NCBI GenBank assembly: GCA_964576755.1
Contig: CAZNUV010000001.1
Span: 40,883 to 104,882 of the forward strand
DNA: 64,000 nt
Reading direction: 5' to 3'
Origin: Candidatus Woesearchaeota archaeon
GTDB lineage: Archaea; Nanobdellota; Nanobdellia; Pacearchaeales; GW2011-AR1
Below, in pieces: positions 26,869-36,667 of this stretch (its first letter is position 1; every line of letters starts with the position of its first letter). A program made the translations under genes and the position numbers. The notes under the pieces are model-generated. The model saw only the letters and a program-made list of their open reading frames with translations. It was not told where the DNA came from and did no database searches.

Positions 26869-27505
26869 AAGTAAAATGTCTAAAAACTGGCCAATCCCTA
26901 GAAAAGGGACTAAGTACCTTGTATGTGCTAGCCATGCAGATTCGAAAGGAATTCCATTATTATTTGTTCTTAGAGAAATATTAAAGATAGCTAAAACAAG
27001 AAAAGAAGCAAATTATATGGTTAGAAATAAAGAGATAAAAATAAATAATAAAGCTAGAACCACAGAAACATTTCCAATACAATTATTTGATGTTATTCAA
27101 ATAGAAAAGATGAAAAAGAATTTTAGACTAGAAATTTTAAATAAAAAATTTGTGTTGAAAGAAATATCAGAGAAAGAAACAGATACAAAAATTGTAAAAA
27201 TAATAGGTAAAAAAGTAATCTCAGCAACTAAAATCCAGATGAATCTAGAAGATGGTCAAAATTTTATAACTAAAGAAAAGTTCTCTTTGAAAGATTCTGC
27301 ATTAATAAATACAAAAGAAAACAAAATAGAAAAAATTCTCGAATTAAAACCTGGTGCAAAAGTAGAAATTGTCGCAGGAAAGCATGCTGGAGAAACAGGA
27401 AAAATAACCCAAATAAAAGAATTAGCAAGAGAAAAGGTATATCATGTTCAACTAAAAGAAAAGGAGGTTGGTCTTCCAATTAAAACCTTAGTAGTAATAG
27501 AATAA
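26855..27505 (+). CDS. rps4e: 30S ribosomal protein S4e
   Basis: KNWPIPRKGTKYLVCASHADSKGIPLLFVLREILKIAKTRKEANYMV. Confidence 0.85.
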   Translation: MYRNRSKMSKNWPIPRKGTKYLVCASHADSKGIPLLFVLREILKIAKTRKEANYMVRNKEIKINNKARTTETFPIQLFDVIQIEKMKKNFRLEILNKKFVLKEISEKETDTKIVKIIGKKVISATKIQMNLEDGQNFITKEKFSLKDSALINTKENKIEKILELKPGAKVEIVAGKHAGETGKITQIKELAREKVYHVQLKEKEVGLPIKTLVVIE

Positions 27506-27506
27506 A

Positions 27507-28061
27507 ATGAAATCAGTCTCTGAAAAACCAAAAAAAATGAAGAATGCCCAAGAAGAAAATAAGATGAGAACAGTGAAAATAGAAAAAATAATCTTAAATA
27601 TAGGGGGAACTGGTGAAAAACTGGAAAAGGGGTTTATACTTTTAAAGAGTCTCTCTGGAAAACAGCCTGTAAAGGTTAAAGCAACAAAAAGAATTCCTAC
27701 ATGGCAAGTCCGTCCTGGTCTTGAAGTCGGAACTAAAGTTACATTAAGAGGAGATATCGCTGAAAGATTATTAGAAAAACTTCTTGGAGGGATAAAAAAT
27801 ACAATTAAAGAAAAGCAGATACAAAATAATTTTTTATCATTTGGAATTCCAGAGTATATTGATATTCCGGGAACAGAATATCTAAGAGATGTAGGAATCA
27901 TGGGTTTAGAAGTTACTGTAGTTTTTTCAAGGGCTGGGAAAAAGGTAGAAAAGAAAAAAATTAAGAGAGGTAAAACTCGAAGACAAACAGTTAGTATCCA
28001 AGAAATAGAAGATTTTATGACAAATAAATTTAAAACAAATATCCTACGGAGGAAAAAATGA
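27507..28061 (+). CDS. rpl5: 50S ribosomal protein L5
   Basis: [35 protein letters not shown]...[13 protein letters not shown]. Confidence 0.9.
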   Translation: MKSVSEKPKKMKNAQEENKMRTVKIEKIILNIGGTGEKLEKGFILLKSLSGKQPVKVKATKRIPTWQVRPGLEVGTKVTLRGDIAERLLEKLLGGIKNTIKEKQIQNNFLSFGIPEYIDIPGTEYLRDVGIMGLEVTVVFSRAGKKVEKKKIKRGKTRRQTVSIQEIEDFMTNKFKTNILRRKK

Positions 28062-28288
28062 CTGCAAGTGATTGGCACAAAATTTTAAAACAATTTAAGA
28101 AAAAACCTGCAATAAAGAAAAAGTTTTTAAAGCATAATCAACCAAAAGAAAGGAAGTTCGGAATCGCTGCAAAAAAATGTGAGAGGTGTGGAAGATTTGG
28201 GGCACATATTAGTTCCTATGGATTAAATTTATGTAGGCATTGTTTTAGAGAACTTGCTACACAGTTAGGATTTAAAAAATATAGTTAA
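28058..28288 (+). CDS. rps14: 30S ribosomal protein S14 (type Z, zinc)
   Basis: [27 protein letters not shown]. Confidence 0.85.
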   Translation: MTASDWHKILKQFKKKPAIKKKFLKHNQPKERKFGIAAKKCERCGRFGAHISSYGLNLCRHCFRELATQLGFKKYS

Positions 28289-28289
28289 A

Positions 28290-28661
28290 ATGAGTCAAGA
28301 TATAATTTCAGATGCACTGAACCAAATAATGAATGCTAAAAGAGTAGAAAAAACAGAAGTTGAAATAAACAGAATTTCAAAAGTACTTATAAATTTATTT
28401 AATATGATGAAACAAGGTAAACACATTGATTTTAAAATAACTGGGACTAAAGCAATTGTAACAATCTTAAACTTAAATGAATGTAAGGCAATAAAACCAA
28501 GATTTTATGTTCAAGTAAAAGATATTGATAAATATCTAAGAAGATTTTTGCCTTCTAGAAATTTTGGAGTGTTAGTAATCTCTACAAATAAGGGTTTAAT
28601 GACTCAAGAAACAGCTTATGAAACTAATAAGGGGGGTAGTTTAATTGCTTATTTTTATTAA
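28290..28661 (+). CDS. rps8: 30S ribosomal protein S8
   Basis: MSQDIISDALNQIMNAKRVEK. Confidence 0.9.
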   Translation: MSQDIISDALNQIMNAKRVEKTEVEINRISKVLINLFNMMKQGKHIDFKITGTKAIVTILNLNECKAIKPRFYVQVKDIDKYLRRFLPSRNFGVLVISTNKGLMTQETAYETNKGGSLIAYFY

Positions 28662-28694
28662 ATACTTTAAAAATAAAAATTAAAACATATCATC

Positions 28695-29243
28695 ATGAAA
28701 CAATATTTAGAAAAAAAAATAAAGATTCCAGAAGGAGTTGAAATTCAAATAGATAGCTCAACAAATACGGTATCAGTACGTTCTGAAGGGAAGGAATTAA
28801 AAAGAGAATTTAATACTCCAAATATTAAAATTTTGAATGAAGGGAAGGAATTAAAAATATTTTCTGAAAATGCTACAAGAAGAGAAGGAAAAATTATTGG
28901 TACAACAGTAGCACATATTAATAATCTTATTCGGGGAATTAAAGAAGAATTTGAATACCATCTAGAGATATGTAGTGTTCATTTTCCCATGACTGTAAGG
29001 GTAGATAAGGATAAAATTACAATTAAAAACTTTCTAGGGGAAAAAGTTGATAGAACTTGTAAGGTTTTACCAAATGTTAAAGTGGATATCAAGGGGAATC
29101 AAATAACAGTAACTTCCTCAAATAGAGAAGCTGCAGGACAAACTTCTGCAAATATTGAAAAATGCGCAAAAGTTAGAGGAAGAGATAGAAGAGTTTTCCA
29201 AGATGGAATATTTATTACAAAAAAACCAGGGAGAAACTTATAA
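28695..29243 (+). CDS. rpl6: 50S ribosomal protein L6
   Basis: Two-domain L6 pattern (KKIKIPEGVEIQID...CSVHFPMTVRVDKDKITIKNFLGEKV). Confidence 0.9.
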   Translation: MKQYLEKKIKIPEGVEIQIDSSTNTVSVRSEGKELKREFNTPNIKILNEGKELKIFSENATRREGKIIGTTVAHINNLIRGIKEEFEYHLEICSVHFPMTVRVDKDKITIKNFLGEKVDRTCKVLPNVKVDIKGNQITVTSSNREAAGQTSANIEKCAKVRGRDRRVFQDGIFITKKPGRNL

Positions 29244-29620
29244 TGGAAAAATCAAAAAGAAAAAAACCTAATTTTAAAAGACAGGATTGGAATAAAAAAG
29301 TAAAATTAGGAAAATCTCAAAAAAAGAAAAGAATATGGAGAACCCCAGTAGGAATACACAGTCAAATAAGACTTGGAAAAAAAGGTTATTCTAAAAAACC
29401 CGCTATTGGATGGGGAACAGATAACACATTAAAGGGCAAAATTAACAACCTTGAACCAGTTAGGGTTGACAATATAAAACAATTAGAAAACATCAAAAAG
29501 ACTCAGGGGATAATCATTAAAAATATAGGAAAAAGAAAAAAACAGGAAATTATAGAATCTGCTAATAAGATGAAAATAACAATCTTAAATAAATATAAAA
29601 GAAAAAAACAGGATAATTAA
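29243..29620 (+). CDS. rpl32e: 50S ribosomal protein L32e
   Basis: WRTPVGIHSQIRL...PAIGWGTDNTLKGKINNLEPVRVDNIKQLENI. Confidence 0.8.
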   Translation: MEKSKRKKPNFKRQDWNKKVKLGKSQKKKRIWRTPVGIHSQIRLGKKGYSKKPAIGWGTDNTLKGKINNLEPVRVDNIKQLENIKKTQGIIIKNIGKRKKQEIIESANKMKITILNKYKRKKQDN

Positions 29621-29621
29621 A

Positions 29622-30026
29622 ATGCAATTAGCTAAGAAAAAAGAACTCGCTGCAAAAGTATTGAAAGTTGGGAAAAAAAGAATTCTATTTACAGAAGAAA
29701 ATCTAACTGAAATTAAAGAAGCCATATCTCGACAAGACATTGTAGATTTACATAAGGCTGGAGCAATAAAAATAAGAGAAATTAAAGGAAGGAAAAAAAT
29801 TGTAAAAAGAAAGCATAAAAGAGGTAAGGGGAAAGTAAAAAAGAAAGTAAGGGAAAAGAAAAGAGAGTATGTTCTATTAACTAGAAAATTAAGGGGTGTT
29901 GTAAAAAACATGTTAAGAATCGGGCAAGTAGAAAAAACAAAATATCTCCAAGTAAGAAAAATGATTAAAGCAAAAAAATTCAAAAGTAAAAGACACCTCG
30001 GAGAAAGTGTAGGAGAATTAGAATGA
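29622..30026 (+). CDS. rpl19e: 50S ribosomal protein L19e
   Basis: MQLAKKKELAAKVLKVGKKRI...IKIREIKGRKK. Confidence 0.85.
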   Translation: MQLAKKKELAAKVLKVGKKRILFTEENLTEIKEAISRQDIVDLHKAGAIKIREIKGRKKIVKRKHKRGKGKVKKKVREKKREYVLLTRKLRGVVKNMLRIGQVEKTKYLQVRKMIKAKKFKSKRHLGESVGELE

Positions 30027-30502
30027 GAACACAAAGGAAAAGAAGAAAAGAAAATAAAACAGACTATAAATTAAGATTAAGATTATTAAAATCCGGGATT
30101 CCAAGGATAGTCATAAGAAAGACAAATAATTATATAATTATTCAAACAGTTGAATCTATAGAAGCACAAGATAAAGCGAAATTTACTACAACATCTAAAG
30201 AATTACTAAACTATGGATGGGATAAAAAATATGTTGGATCTTTAAAATCTCTTCCAGCAGCATATTTAACAGGATTAGTAATGGCTAAAAAAATTGGTAA
30301 AGGTAAATTTATCCTTGATTTAGGAATGATAAAAAATATTCATGGTTCAAGGATTTATGCAACTGTAAAGGGTCTTGTTGATGGTGGTTTAAACATTCCA
30401 GTAAATGAATCCATTTATCCTTCAGAAGACAGATTAAATGGAGAACATCTAAAAGAAGAATTAAAAAAAGTAATAATTAAAGTTAAGGAAAAATTAAAAT
30501 AA
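30023..30502 (+). CDS. rpl18: 50S ribosomal protein L18
   Basis: TDYKLRLRLLKSGIPRIVIRKTNNYIIIQ. Confidence 0.85.
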   Translation: MRTQRKRRKENKTDYKLRLRLLKSGIPRIVIRKTNNYIIIQTVESIEAQDKAKFTTTSKELLNYGWDKKYVGSLKSLPAAYLTGLVMAKKIGKGKFILDLGMIKNIHGSRIYATVKGLVDGGLNIPVNESIYPSEDRLNGEHLKEELKKVIIKVKEKLK

Positions 30503-30503
30503 A

Positions 30504-31310
30504 ATGGTAGAAGAAGCTCAAACACCTGAAATGCATCTAAAACAGTTAGAACAAATGACTCGAAAGTCTAAAAGAGAAGAAAAACCAACTGAACAAGTTG
30601 TAGAAACGGAAAAGAAGAGTTGGAAAGATGAATCAAGAGAAGAAAGACGAGAAAGGGAGGATAAGGAAAAATTAGAATCTTGGGTTCCTAAAACTGAATT
30701 AGGTAAACAAGTAAAATCAGGTAAAATAAAAAACATACAAGAAATATTTGATTCTGGAAGAAAAATATTAGAACCTGGAATTGTTGATACTCTTTTAAAT
30801 TTAAAAGTAGAACTATTAAACACTGGACAAGCAAAAGGTAAATTCGGTGGAGGAAAAAGAAGACCTTGGAAACAAACTCAAAAGAAAACTAAAGAAGGAA
30901 ATATAGCAACATTCTCTGTATTAGCTGTTGTTGGAGATGGAAACGGATATATTGGTATTGGTAGCGGGCGTGCTTCAGAAACTTTACCAGCAAAAGAGAA
31001 GGCAATTAGAAAAGCAAAATTAAATATAATAAAGATTAAACGGGGTTGTAGTAGTTTTGATTGTTCTTGTGATGAAATGCATAGTATTCCACTTAAAACA
31101 GAAGGAAAATGTTCTGGAGTTAAGGTTATTCTAATGCCTGCACCCCAGGGAAGTGGATTAGTTATTGGAGATGAAATGAAAAAGATTTTAAAATTAGCTG
31201 GAATAAAAGATATCTATAGTAAAACTTTTGGACCTACAAGAACTACAGTAAATACTGCAAAAGCTTGTATGGATGCTTTAACTAAATTAGAGAATTATAA
31301 ATTAGAATGA
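30504..31310 (+). CDS. rps5: 30S ribosomal protein S5 with about 100-aa acidic N-terminal extension
   Basis: FSVLAVVGDGNGYIGIGSGRASETLPAKEKAIRKAK...GSGLVIGDEMKKILKLAGIKDI. Confidence 0.9.
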   Translation: MVEEAQTPEMHLKQLEQMTRKSKREEKPTEQVVETEKKSWKDESREERREREDKEKLESWVPKTELGKQVKSGKIKNIQEIFDSGRKILEPGIVDTLLNLKVELLNTGQAKGKFGGGKRRPWKQTQKKTKEGNIATFSVLAVVGDGNGYIGIGSGRASETLPAKEKAIRKAKLNIIKIKRGCSSFDCSCDEMHSIPLKTEGKCSGVKVILMPAPQGSGLVIGDEMKKILKLAGIKDIYSKTFGPTRTTVNTAKACMDALTKLENYKLE

Positions 31311-31672
31311 ACATGATAGCTGTATTAAGAATTCACGGGCAAGTGAAAATAAAAAAAGAAATTAAAGAAACTCTTGATAGATTGAGACTTAGAAGAAAGT
31401 TTGCTTGTGTTTTAATTGACGAAAAAGATAATGTAAAAATGGGAATGGTTAAAAAAGTTACAGATTATGTTGTTTATGGTCCAATTGATGATAAACTTAT
31501 AAAAGATATTGAAACAAAGCGTGGTAAAAAAGACAAAGATGGAAAATTAAAACCATTTTTCAGATTACATCCGCCTATTGGAGGATTTAAAAAATCTACC
31601 AGAATATCTTATCCAAAAGGTATACTTGGCAAAAATAAAGAAATAACTAAATTAATTGAAAAAATGTTATAA
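31307..31672 (+). CDS. rpl30: 50S ribosomal protein L30 (L7e family)
   Basis: MIAVLRIHGQVKIKKEIKETLDRLRLRRKFACVLID. Confidence 0.85.
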   Translation: MNMIAVLRIHGQVKIKKEIKETLDRLRLRRKFACVLIDEKDNVKMGMVKKVTDYVVYGPIDDKLIKDIETKRGKKDKDGKLKPFFRLHPPIGGFKKSTRISYPKGILGKNKEITKLIEKML

Positions 31673-31698
31673 GATTCTATAAACAAGGAATAAATACA

Positions 31699-32223
31699 AT
31701 GAAAGTGAAAAAAAGGAAAAAAACAACACGACAAAGAGGATGTACAACTCACGGATGGGGTGCAAGACAAAGACATAAAGGCCACGGATGTAGTGGTGGA
31801 TACGGAATGGCTGGAACTGGTAAACGTGGAGACCAAAAAAAACAAAAGGCTCTAATGATGGCAAACAAAGCTGGAGCTAAAACATATTTTGGAAAACAAG
31901 GATTTACTTCAAGAAGCACTCAAAAAAAGATAAATAATGTTATAAATCTGCAAGAAATACAAAATAATTTTGATTTTAAAACAGGGAAAATAGATTTAAG
32001 AAAATATAAAATCCTTGCAAAGGGGAATGGTTTTAAAGCAGAAATATCTGCAAAATCAGCTTCAAAATTAGCAATAGAAAAAATGCAAAAAGCAGGCGGA
32101 AAGATAATTTTACCCATGGTTAAAGAAAAAAAATCACAATCAGTTGAAAAAAATGCAAAAGAGAGTGGTAAAAAATCAGTAGGACAAGAAACAGCTGAAA
32201 AAGAAAATGCCAATAAACATTAA
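31699..32223 (+). CDS. rpl15: 50S ribosomal protein L15
   Basis: RGCTTHGWGARQRHKGHGCSGGYGMAGTGKRGDQKK. Confidence 0.85.
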   Translation: MKVKKRKKTTRQRGCTTHGWGARQRHKGHGCSGGYGMAGTGKRGDQKKQKALMMANKAGAKTYFGKQGFTSRSTQKKINNVINLQEIQNNFDFKTGKIDLRKYKILAKGNGFKAEISAKSASKLAIEKMQKAGGKIILPMVKEKKSQSVEKNAKESGKKSVGQETAEKENANKH

Positions 32224-32419
32224 ACCTCCATTAGATAGACCAAAACATGAAGATTTCTGCAATGAGGTTAGGGGCCTCAATAGTTATTGTGAAAAGTTTG
32301 ATACTAATGAATGTCTCCAAATATGCTCTTTTTACAAAATGAAAGTCAAAAGGCCAGAAATCTCAAAAATATGTTATATATTAAAGAAAAGGATTTCTGA
32401 TTTAAACAAACCTTTATAA
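32207..32419 (+). CDS. hypothetical Cys-containing small protein (doubtful)
   Basis: 70-aa ORF between L15 and secY. The secY promoter motif lies inside its 3' end. Weak support. Confidence 0.25.
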   Translation: MPINIKPPLDRPKHEDFCNEVRGLNSYCEKFDTNECLQICSFYKMKVKRPEISKICYILKKRISDLNKPL

Positions 32420-32422
32420 ATA
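32409..32422 (+). promoter_or_regulatory. BRE/TATA promoter element AACCTTTATAAATA about 25 nt upstream of the secY ATG (leaderless transcript predicted)
   Basis: An identical 14-mer occurs at 9985-9998 upstream of aIF5A with the same spacing to the ATG. Confidence 0.6.
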
Positions 32423-32441
32423 AAATTTATCAACTATAAAT

Positions 32442-33812
32442 ATGAGTTTAAAAAATATATTCTATTTTTTACCAGAAGTAACACCTCCTACAGAAAAAAA
32501 GGTTAGTTTTAATGTTAAGCTTAAATGGACCCTTATTATAATTGTTGCATTTTTTGTTCTAGCAAATATTCCTTTATTTGGACTAAGCTCAAATGCCTTA
32601 GCAAGATTTGAATATCTTGCAATTATTCTTGGAACAGACTTTGGTTCTATTATTTCTTTAGGTATTGGCCCAATTGTAATGGCTTCTATTATCTTACAAT
32701 TATTAAACGGGTCGGGAATATTAAATATGGATACTTCAACTGCCGAAGGGAAAAAATTCTTTCAAGGAGTACAAAAATTACTTGCATTTGCTTTTGTAAT
32801 ATTTGAGGCAATGGTTTATGTTTTAATGAAAGGATTAGAAGCATTACCCGGAATGACCTTCTTAGTTATATTACAATTATGTATTGGAGGATTTTTAATT
32901 ATCTTTATGGATGAAGTTGTTCAAAAATGGGGATTTGGATCTGGTGTTTCATTATTTATAGCTGCAGGTGTTGGATGGAGGCTTTTTGCAGCCTTATTTC
33001 AGTTTATAGGACCAGAAGGAGGATTTTCGCCAATTGGGAGAGTATTAGTGTTAGTTTCTTCACTTATAGAAGGAAACTCAACAGGAGCAGCCCTAGCCTT
33101 ATTTGCAATAGCTGTAACTGTTGTATTGTTTTTAATAGTAGTCTGGGCTCAATCTCTAAAAGTTGAAATTCCACTTTCGTATGATAGGATTAGGGGTTAT
33201 GGTGTAAAATGGCCATTGCAATTTTTTTATGCTAGTGTTTTACCAGTTATTTTAGTCTCTGCTCTTGCAGCAAATCTCCAATTATTTGCGAGTTTATTAG
33301 AAAATTGGTTAGGTCATGCAACTGTCTTAGGAGCTTTTCAACAAGGCCAACCGATTTCAGGACTTGCCTTTTGGATTCATTCTCCAAGTCCAAGTTTATT
33401 AGAAAGAATTATTACCTCTAGTTTTAAACCAGTTCTTGCATTACAGGCTCTTGGACATGTATTATTTTATGTAATCTTTTCAGTTATCTTCTCTATGTTT
33501 TGGGTAAATACATCTAGAATGGATGCATCAAGTCAAGCAGAAAACATAATGAATTCTGGTTTACAAATTCCAGGATTTAGACGTGATAAAAGAGTATTAG
33601 AATCAATATTAAAAAGATATGTAGGTCCCTTAACAATTATGGGTGGAGCAGCAATAGGCCTATTAGCAAGTGTTGCAAATTTATTAGGTGCATTAGTCGG
33701 AGGAACAGCAATATTACTTTCAATTATGATTATCTATCAACTTTATCAAAATATTGCACAACAGCATGCGCTAGACATACATCCTGCATTAAAAGGAATG
33801 TTTGGTGCCTAA
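32442..33812 (+). CDS. secY: protein translocase subunit SecY
   Basis: 456 aa, 10 TM helices. SecY/Sec61alpha pattern. Terminal gene of the ribosomal superoperon. Confidence 0.95.
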   Translation: MSLKNIFYFLPEVTPPTEKKVSFNVKLKWTLIIIVAFFVLANIPLFGLSSNALARFEYLAIILGTDFGSIISLGIGPIVMASIILQLLNGSGILNMDTSTAEGKKFFQGVQKLLAFAFVIFEAMVYVLMKGLEALPGMTFLVILQLCIGGFLIIFMDEVVQKWGFGSGVSLFIAAGVGWRLFAALFQFIGPEGGFSPIGRVLVLVSSLIEGNSTGAALALFAIAVTVVLFLIVVWAQSLKVEIPLSYDRIRGYGVKWPLQFFYASVLPVILVSALAANLQLFASLLENWLGHATVLGAFQQGQPISGLAFWIHSPSPSLLERIITSSFKPVLALQALGHVLFYVIFSVIFSMFWVNTSRMDASSQAENIMNSGLQIPGFRRDKRVLESILKRYVGPLTIMGGAAIGLLASVANLLGALVGGTAILLSIMIIYQLYQNIAQQHALDIHPALKGMFGA

Positions 33813-33888
33813 AATATTAGGATAATTTAAATAACTAAAGAGGTAGGTAATATTAGAAAGTTTAATAAAAAAGAGGAAAAATAAAAGA

Positions 33889-34287
33889 ATGATAACTGAC
33901 ATAATAACTTTATATCCAAAAACATCAATAATATTTCTCTCAATAATTGTTACACTAGTTTCCACTTTAGTTACAAAATGGCTTACTAATCAAGAACATT
34001 TAAGAGAACTAAAGAAAAGGCAAAAAGAAATCCAAAAAGAATTGAAAACTTGTAAACCTGGAGACTGTAAATATCAAGAATTGCAATCTGAGGTTTTACA
34101 GATTACTGGAACAATGATGAAATCATCATTTAAACCCCTATTTATTACAATGATTCCATTTTTAATTTTGTTTTACTGGATACGGAGTATTTATACCCCT
34201 TTAATGGGTTTCACATGGTTTTGGTATTATTTAGGGGCAAGTATTGTTGCAAGCACTATTTTTAGAAAGCTTTTTAAAATGGCTTAA
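33889..34287 (+). CDS. DUF106 family membrane protein (archaeal Oxa1/YidC/EMC3-like insertase)
   Basis: 132 aa. TM1, then charged coiled-coil (LRELKKRQKEIQKELK), then TM2-3 topology as in Mj0480. Conserved archaeal position near secY. Confidence 0.6.
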   Translation: MITDIITLYPKTSIIFLSIIVTLVSTLVTKWLTNQEHLRELKKRQKEIQKELKTCKPGDCKYQELQSEVLQITGTMMKSSFKPLFITMIPFLILFYWIRSIYTPLMGFTWFWYYLGASIVASTIFRKLFKMA

Positions 34288-34307
34288 AATATTTCTAAGA
34301 TTAAGGG

Positions 34308-34733
34308 ATGAAGATGATTAAAAAAATAAAAAATTTGTTAAATAAACATATCTTTAAAGAAATGGGTAAAGATAGCCCTTACCATGAATGTGATTTATGT
34401 TGTAAGTATATTTGTATGGAAATTGACACACCAAAAACAAAAAAAGATTTTGATGAGATAAGATGGTTCTTACTTCATAATAATGTTTGGATTTATATTG
34501 ACCATGATTCTAGTTGGAATATCCAATTTAACACTAAATGTAAACAATTAAAAAATGGGTTATGTGGTATTTATAAAAAAAGACCACAAATCTGTAGAGA
34601 ACATTCTCATAAAGAATGTGAAAAGAATGGGGAAGGAGAACCTCATAAGACTTTATTTAAAGATTTAAAAGAATTTGAAATTTGGATGGAACAAAAAGGA
34701 AGGTTAGAGAATAATAGATTCTTATCTAACTAA
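34308..34733 (+). CDS. hypothetical Cys/His-rich putative metal-binding protein
   Basis: CDLCCKYIC ... CGIYKKRPQICREHSHKEC pattern (YkgJ-like Zn/Fe-chelating motif is possible). Confidence 0.4.
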   Translation: MKMIKKIKNLLNKHIFKEMGKDSPYHECDLCCKYICMEIDTPKTKKDFDEIRWFLLHNNVWIYIDHDSSWNIQFNTKCKQLKNGLCGIYKKRPQICREHSHKECEKNGEGEPHKTLFKDLKEFEIWMEQKGRLENNRFLSN

Positions 34734-35127
34734 TTTTTTTATGTTTATTTAATTCCTTATTCAAAACTTTATCTGCCTTCCAAATAAAAGGGTCTTGCCT
34801 AGGCGCATTTGAAAATTTAATAATTCTGCCACTAATTAATCCTATTACTTTCTGATATAAAAGCTGAAGTTGAGGTTTGTTAATCTTATATTTTCCTGTT
34901 ATTTGCCTGATTACTAACTCAGAATCTGAAATAATTTCAACTTCTCTGGATTTAATTGTTTCAAGGGCAAATATAATTGCACTATATTCGGCCTCATTAT
35001 TTGTAAGATTATCCCCTAAAAATCTTACAAATGCTTGTGTAATTTTTTCGTCTTCAACTACTAGGAATGCACAAGCTGCTTTTCCTGGATTTCCCCTACT
35101 TCCTCCATCTGTATAAATCTTTTTCAT
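34726..35127 (-). CDS. rnhA: ribonuclease HI
   Basis: YTDGGSRGNPGKAACAF...NNEAEYSAIIFALE...D-x-E catalytic pattern of type 1 RNase H. Confidence 0.85.
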   Translation of the reverse strand: MKKIYTDGGSRGNPGKAACAFLVVEDEKITQAFVRFLGDNLTNNEAEYSAIIFALETIKSREVEIISDSELVIRQITGKYKINKPQLQLLYQKVIGLISGRIIKFSNAPRQDPFIWKADKVLNKELNKHKKIS

Positions 35128-35134
35128 TTTATTC

Positions 35135-36565
35135 CTAATTTTGGATAACCTTTAATTTTGACTTTTTAGAATTAATCAATTTTATTAAGTTGTTCATAAG
35201 AAAATTTACTTTTTCCCTAGTTAAATCTGTCTTAGAATAATGAAGCCTAATCATCTCATTACAAAAATCACTACATTTTTTTTGTTTTAATTTTTTGAAT
35301 TCTCTAAGAAGATAATCAAAATTATCATTTTCAGAAAATCCAAAAACCTCATTAAAAAACTGTTTAGAAATTTTATTTAGAATTAAAATCTTATCATCGA
35401 GAGATTTATGTGTATGTTTTTCTATTTCTAAATCTTCGATATATTTTATTTTTTTAACTGTTTGTGGTTTTTTTAGGATATCTTTTCTTGTTTCTTTTGT
35501 ATTTTTCCTAAGTATCTTTTCTTGTTTCTTTTTTGCAATTTCAATTTTCTTTTTTTCTTTAGATAATTGTTTTTCCTTTTTGATTTTTTCTTTTTTTATT
35601 TGTTTTAATCTTTTTTCTTCTAATCTCTTCTGTTTTAGTTTTTCCTTAATCTGTTTTAGCTCTTTTTGTTTTTCTTCTTTTTGTTTTTTTATTATTTCTT
35701 TTTGCTTTTGAATTCCTAATTTTTTATTAATCTTCATTACTTCTGAAGGACTTCCTAATAAGCGTTGAATTTTTTCCTGAGATTTTTCAAAAAATTGTGT
35801 ATAACTTAGAACCCCTATTTCAGAGATTACTCCAGATAAAAGGTCCTTCTTAGTTAAATCAAATGCAATGTTTTCAACTTCAATATTCTTTTCTCTTTCA
35901 TCCCAAACCTCTCGAGAATTCCTTTTTTCAATTTTAACTTGTTCAGTAAATTTTAAAGAAATTCCACAAGAATACCTAGGAATATTATGGTCTTTTGCAA
36001 TTTTACATAGTGTAGAAGTACCTATTTTATTTGCAACACCTTTTTTCAAAAATGCATCTGCACCAAATAGAAATAAATCGCATTTTTTTAACAATTGAGC
36101 TGCTGCAAGATCTGGCCCGATTATAACTTTAATCCCTGCTTTTGATAATTCTTTAGCAGTTTTTCTTCCTTGAAGAAGGGGCTCTACTTCAGTGGTGTAT
36201 ACTACAAACTTTTTCTTATTCTTTTTAGCTTGTTTTAAAATTTCTATAACACTAGAAGAATGACAATGGGAATAAATATTCATGTCATTTTTTATAAGTT
36301 TTGCGCCTTTTTTTGCAATTTTTTTCTTTGAATTTTTAATATAGGAGAATAATTTTTTAGAATCTTTTTTAGGGTTTTTTGAGTTTAATAAAAAGCCAAT
36401 AGAATTTTGCATTAATGGTTCAGTTGGCCTTGTTGATAAGATTTCTTTTGCAGATTTCTCGTCGGGCCTAATAAGAAATGCTTTAATTCCTGCTAAAGCA
36501 ACATTTGTTGCTCCTTGAATTTTTATACTTTTTATATCTTTTAGAATATTTTCAAATTTACTCAT
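35135..36565 (-). CDS. eIF-2B alpha/beta/delta family protein (aIF2B subunit or ribose-1,5-bisphosphate isomerase-like) fused to about 100-aa ER/K single-alpha-helix segment and a C-terminal about 120-aa domain
   Basis: IQGATNVALAGI, IYSHCHSSSV (THCNS-like), GADAFLKKGVANKIGTSTL are e2b2 family motifs over the first about 270 aa. Then EEKQKELKQIKEKLKQKRLEEKRLKQIKKEKIKKEKQ... Then a non-repetitive C-terminal domain. Confidence 0.7.
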   Translation of the reverse strand: MSKFENILKDIKSIKIQGATNVALAGIKAFLIRPDEKSAKEILSTRPTEPLMQNSIGFLLNSKNPKKDSKKLFSYIKNSKKKIAKKGAKLIKNDMNIYSHCHSSSVIEILKQAKKNKKKFVVYTTEVEPLLQGRKTAKELSKAGIKVIIGPDLAAAQLLKKCDLFLFGADAFLKKGVANKIGTSTLCKIAKDHNIPRYSCGISLKFTEQVKIEKRNSREVWDEREKNIEVENIAFDLTKKDLLSGVISEIGVLSYTQFFEKSQEKIQRLLGSPSEVMKINKKLGIQKQKEIIKKQKEEKQKELKQIKEKLKQKRLEEKRLKQIKKEKIKKEKQLSKEKKKIEIAKKKQEKILRKNTKETRKDILKKPQTVKKIKYIEDLEIEKHTHKSLDDKILILNKISKQFFNEVFGFSENDNFDYLLREFKKLKQKKCSDFCNEMIRLHYSKTDLTREKVNFLMNNLIKLINSKKSKLKVIQN

Positions 36566-36667
36566 GGGAACACCTCTTATAGTTTAGATAAAACTAAGGT
36601 ATATAAAAGGTTTTTGAAAACTGTAAAATCAATAAAAGTTTAAAAATAACAGAATCTAGATAATATC

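Noticed and set aside
14095-31864. Short antisense ORFs within the ribosomal operons (for example 14095-14358, 15342-15569, 20850-21260, 21835-22062, 24281-24520, 25930-26461, 27270-28078, 29585-30034, 30518-30823, 31609-31864)
   Set aside because: All are antisense to ribosomal protein genes with unambiguous signatures.
35496-35700. Direct repeats (tcttttcttgtttctttt and related) flagged as a possible repeat element
   Set aside because: They lie inside the eIF2B-like CDS and simply encode the periodic ER/K helix. They are coding low-complexity sequence, not a mobile or CRISPR repeat.
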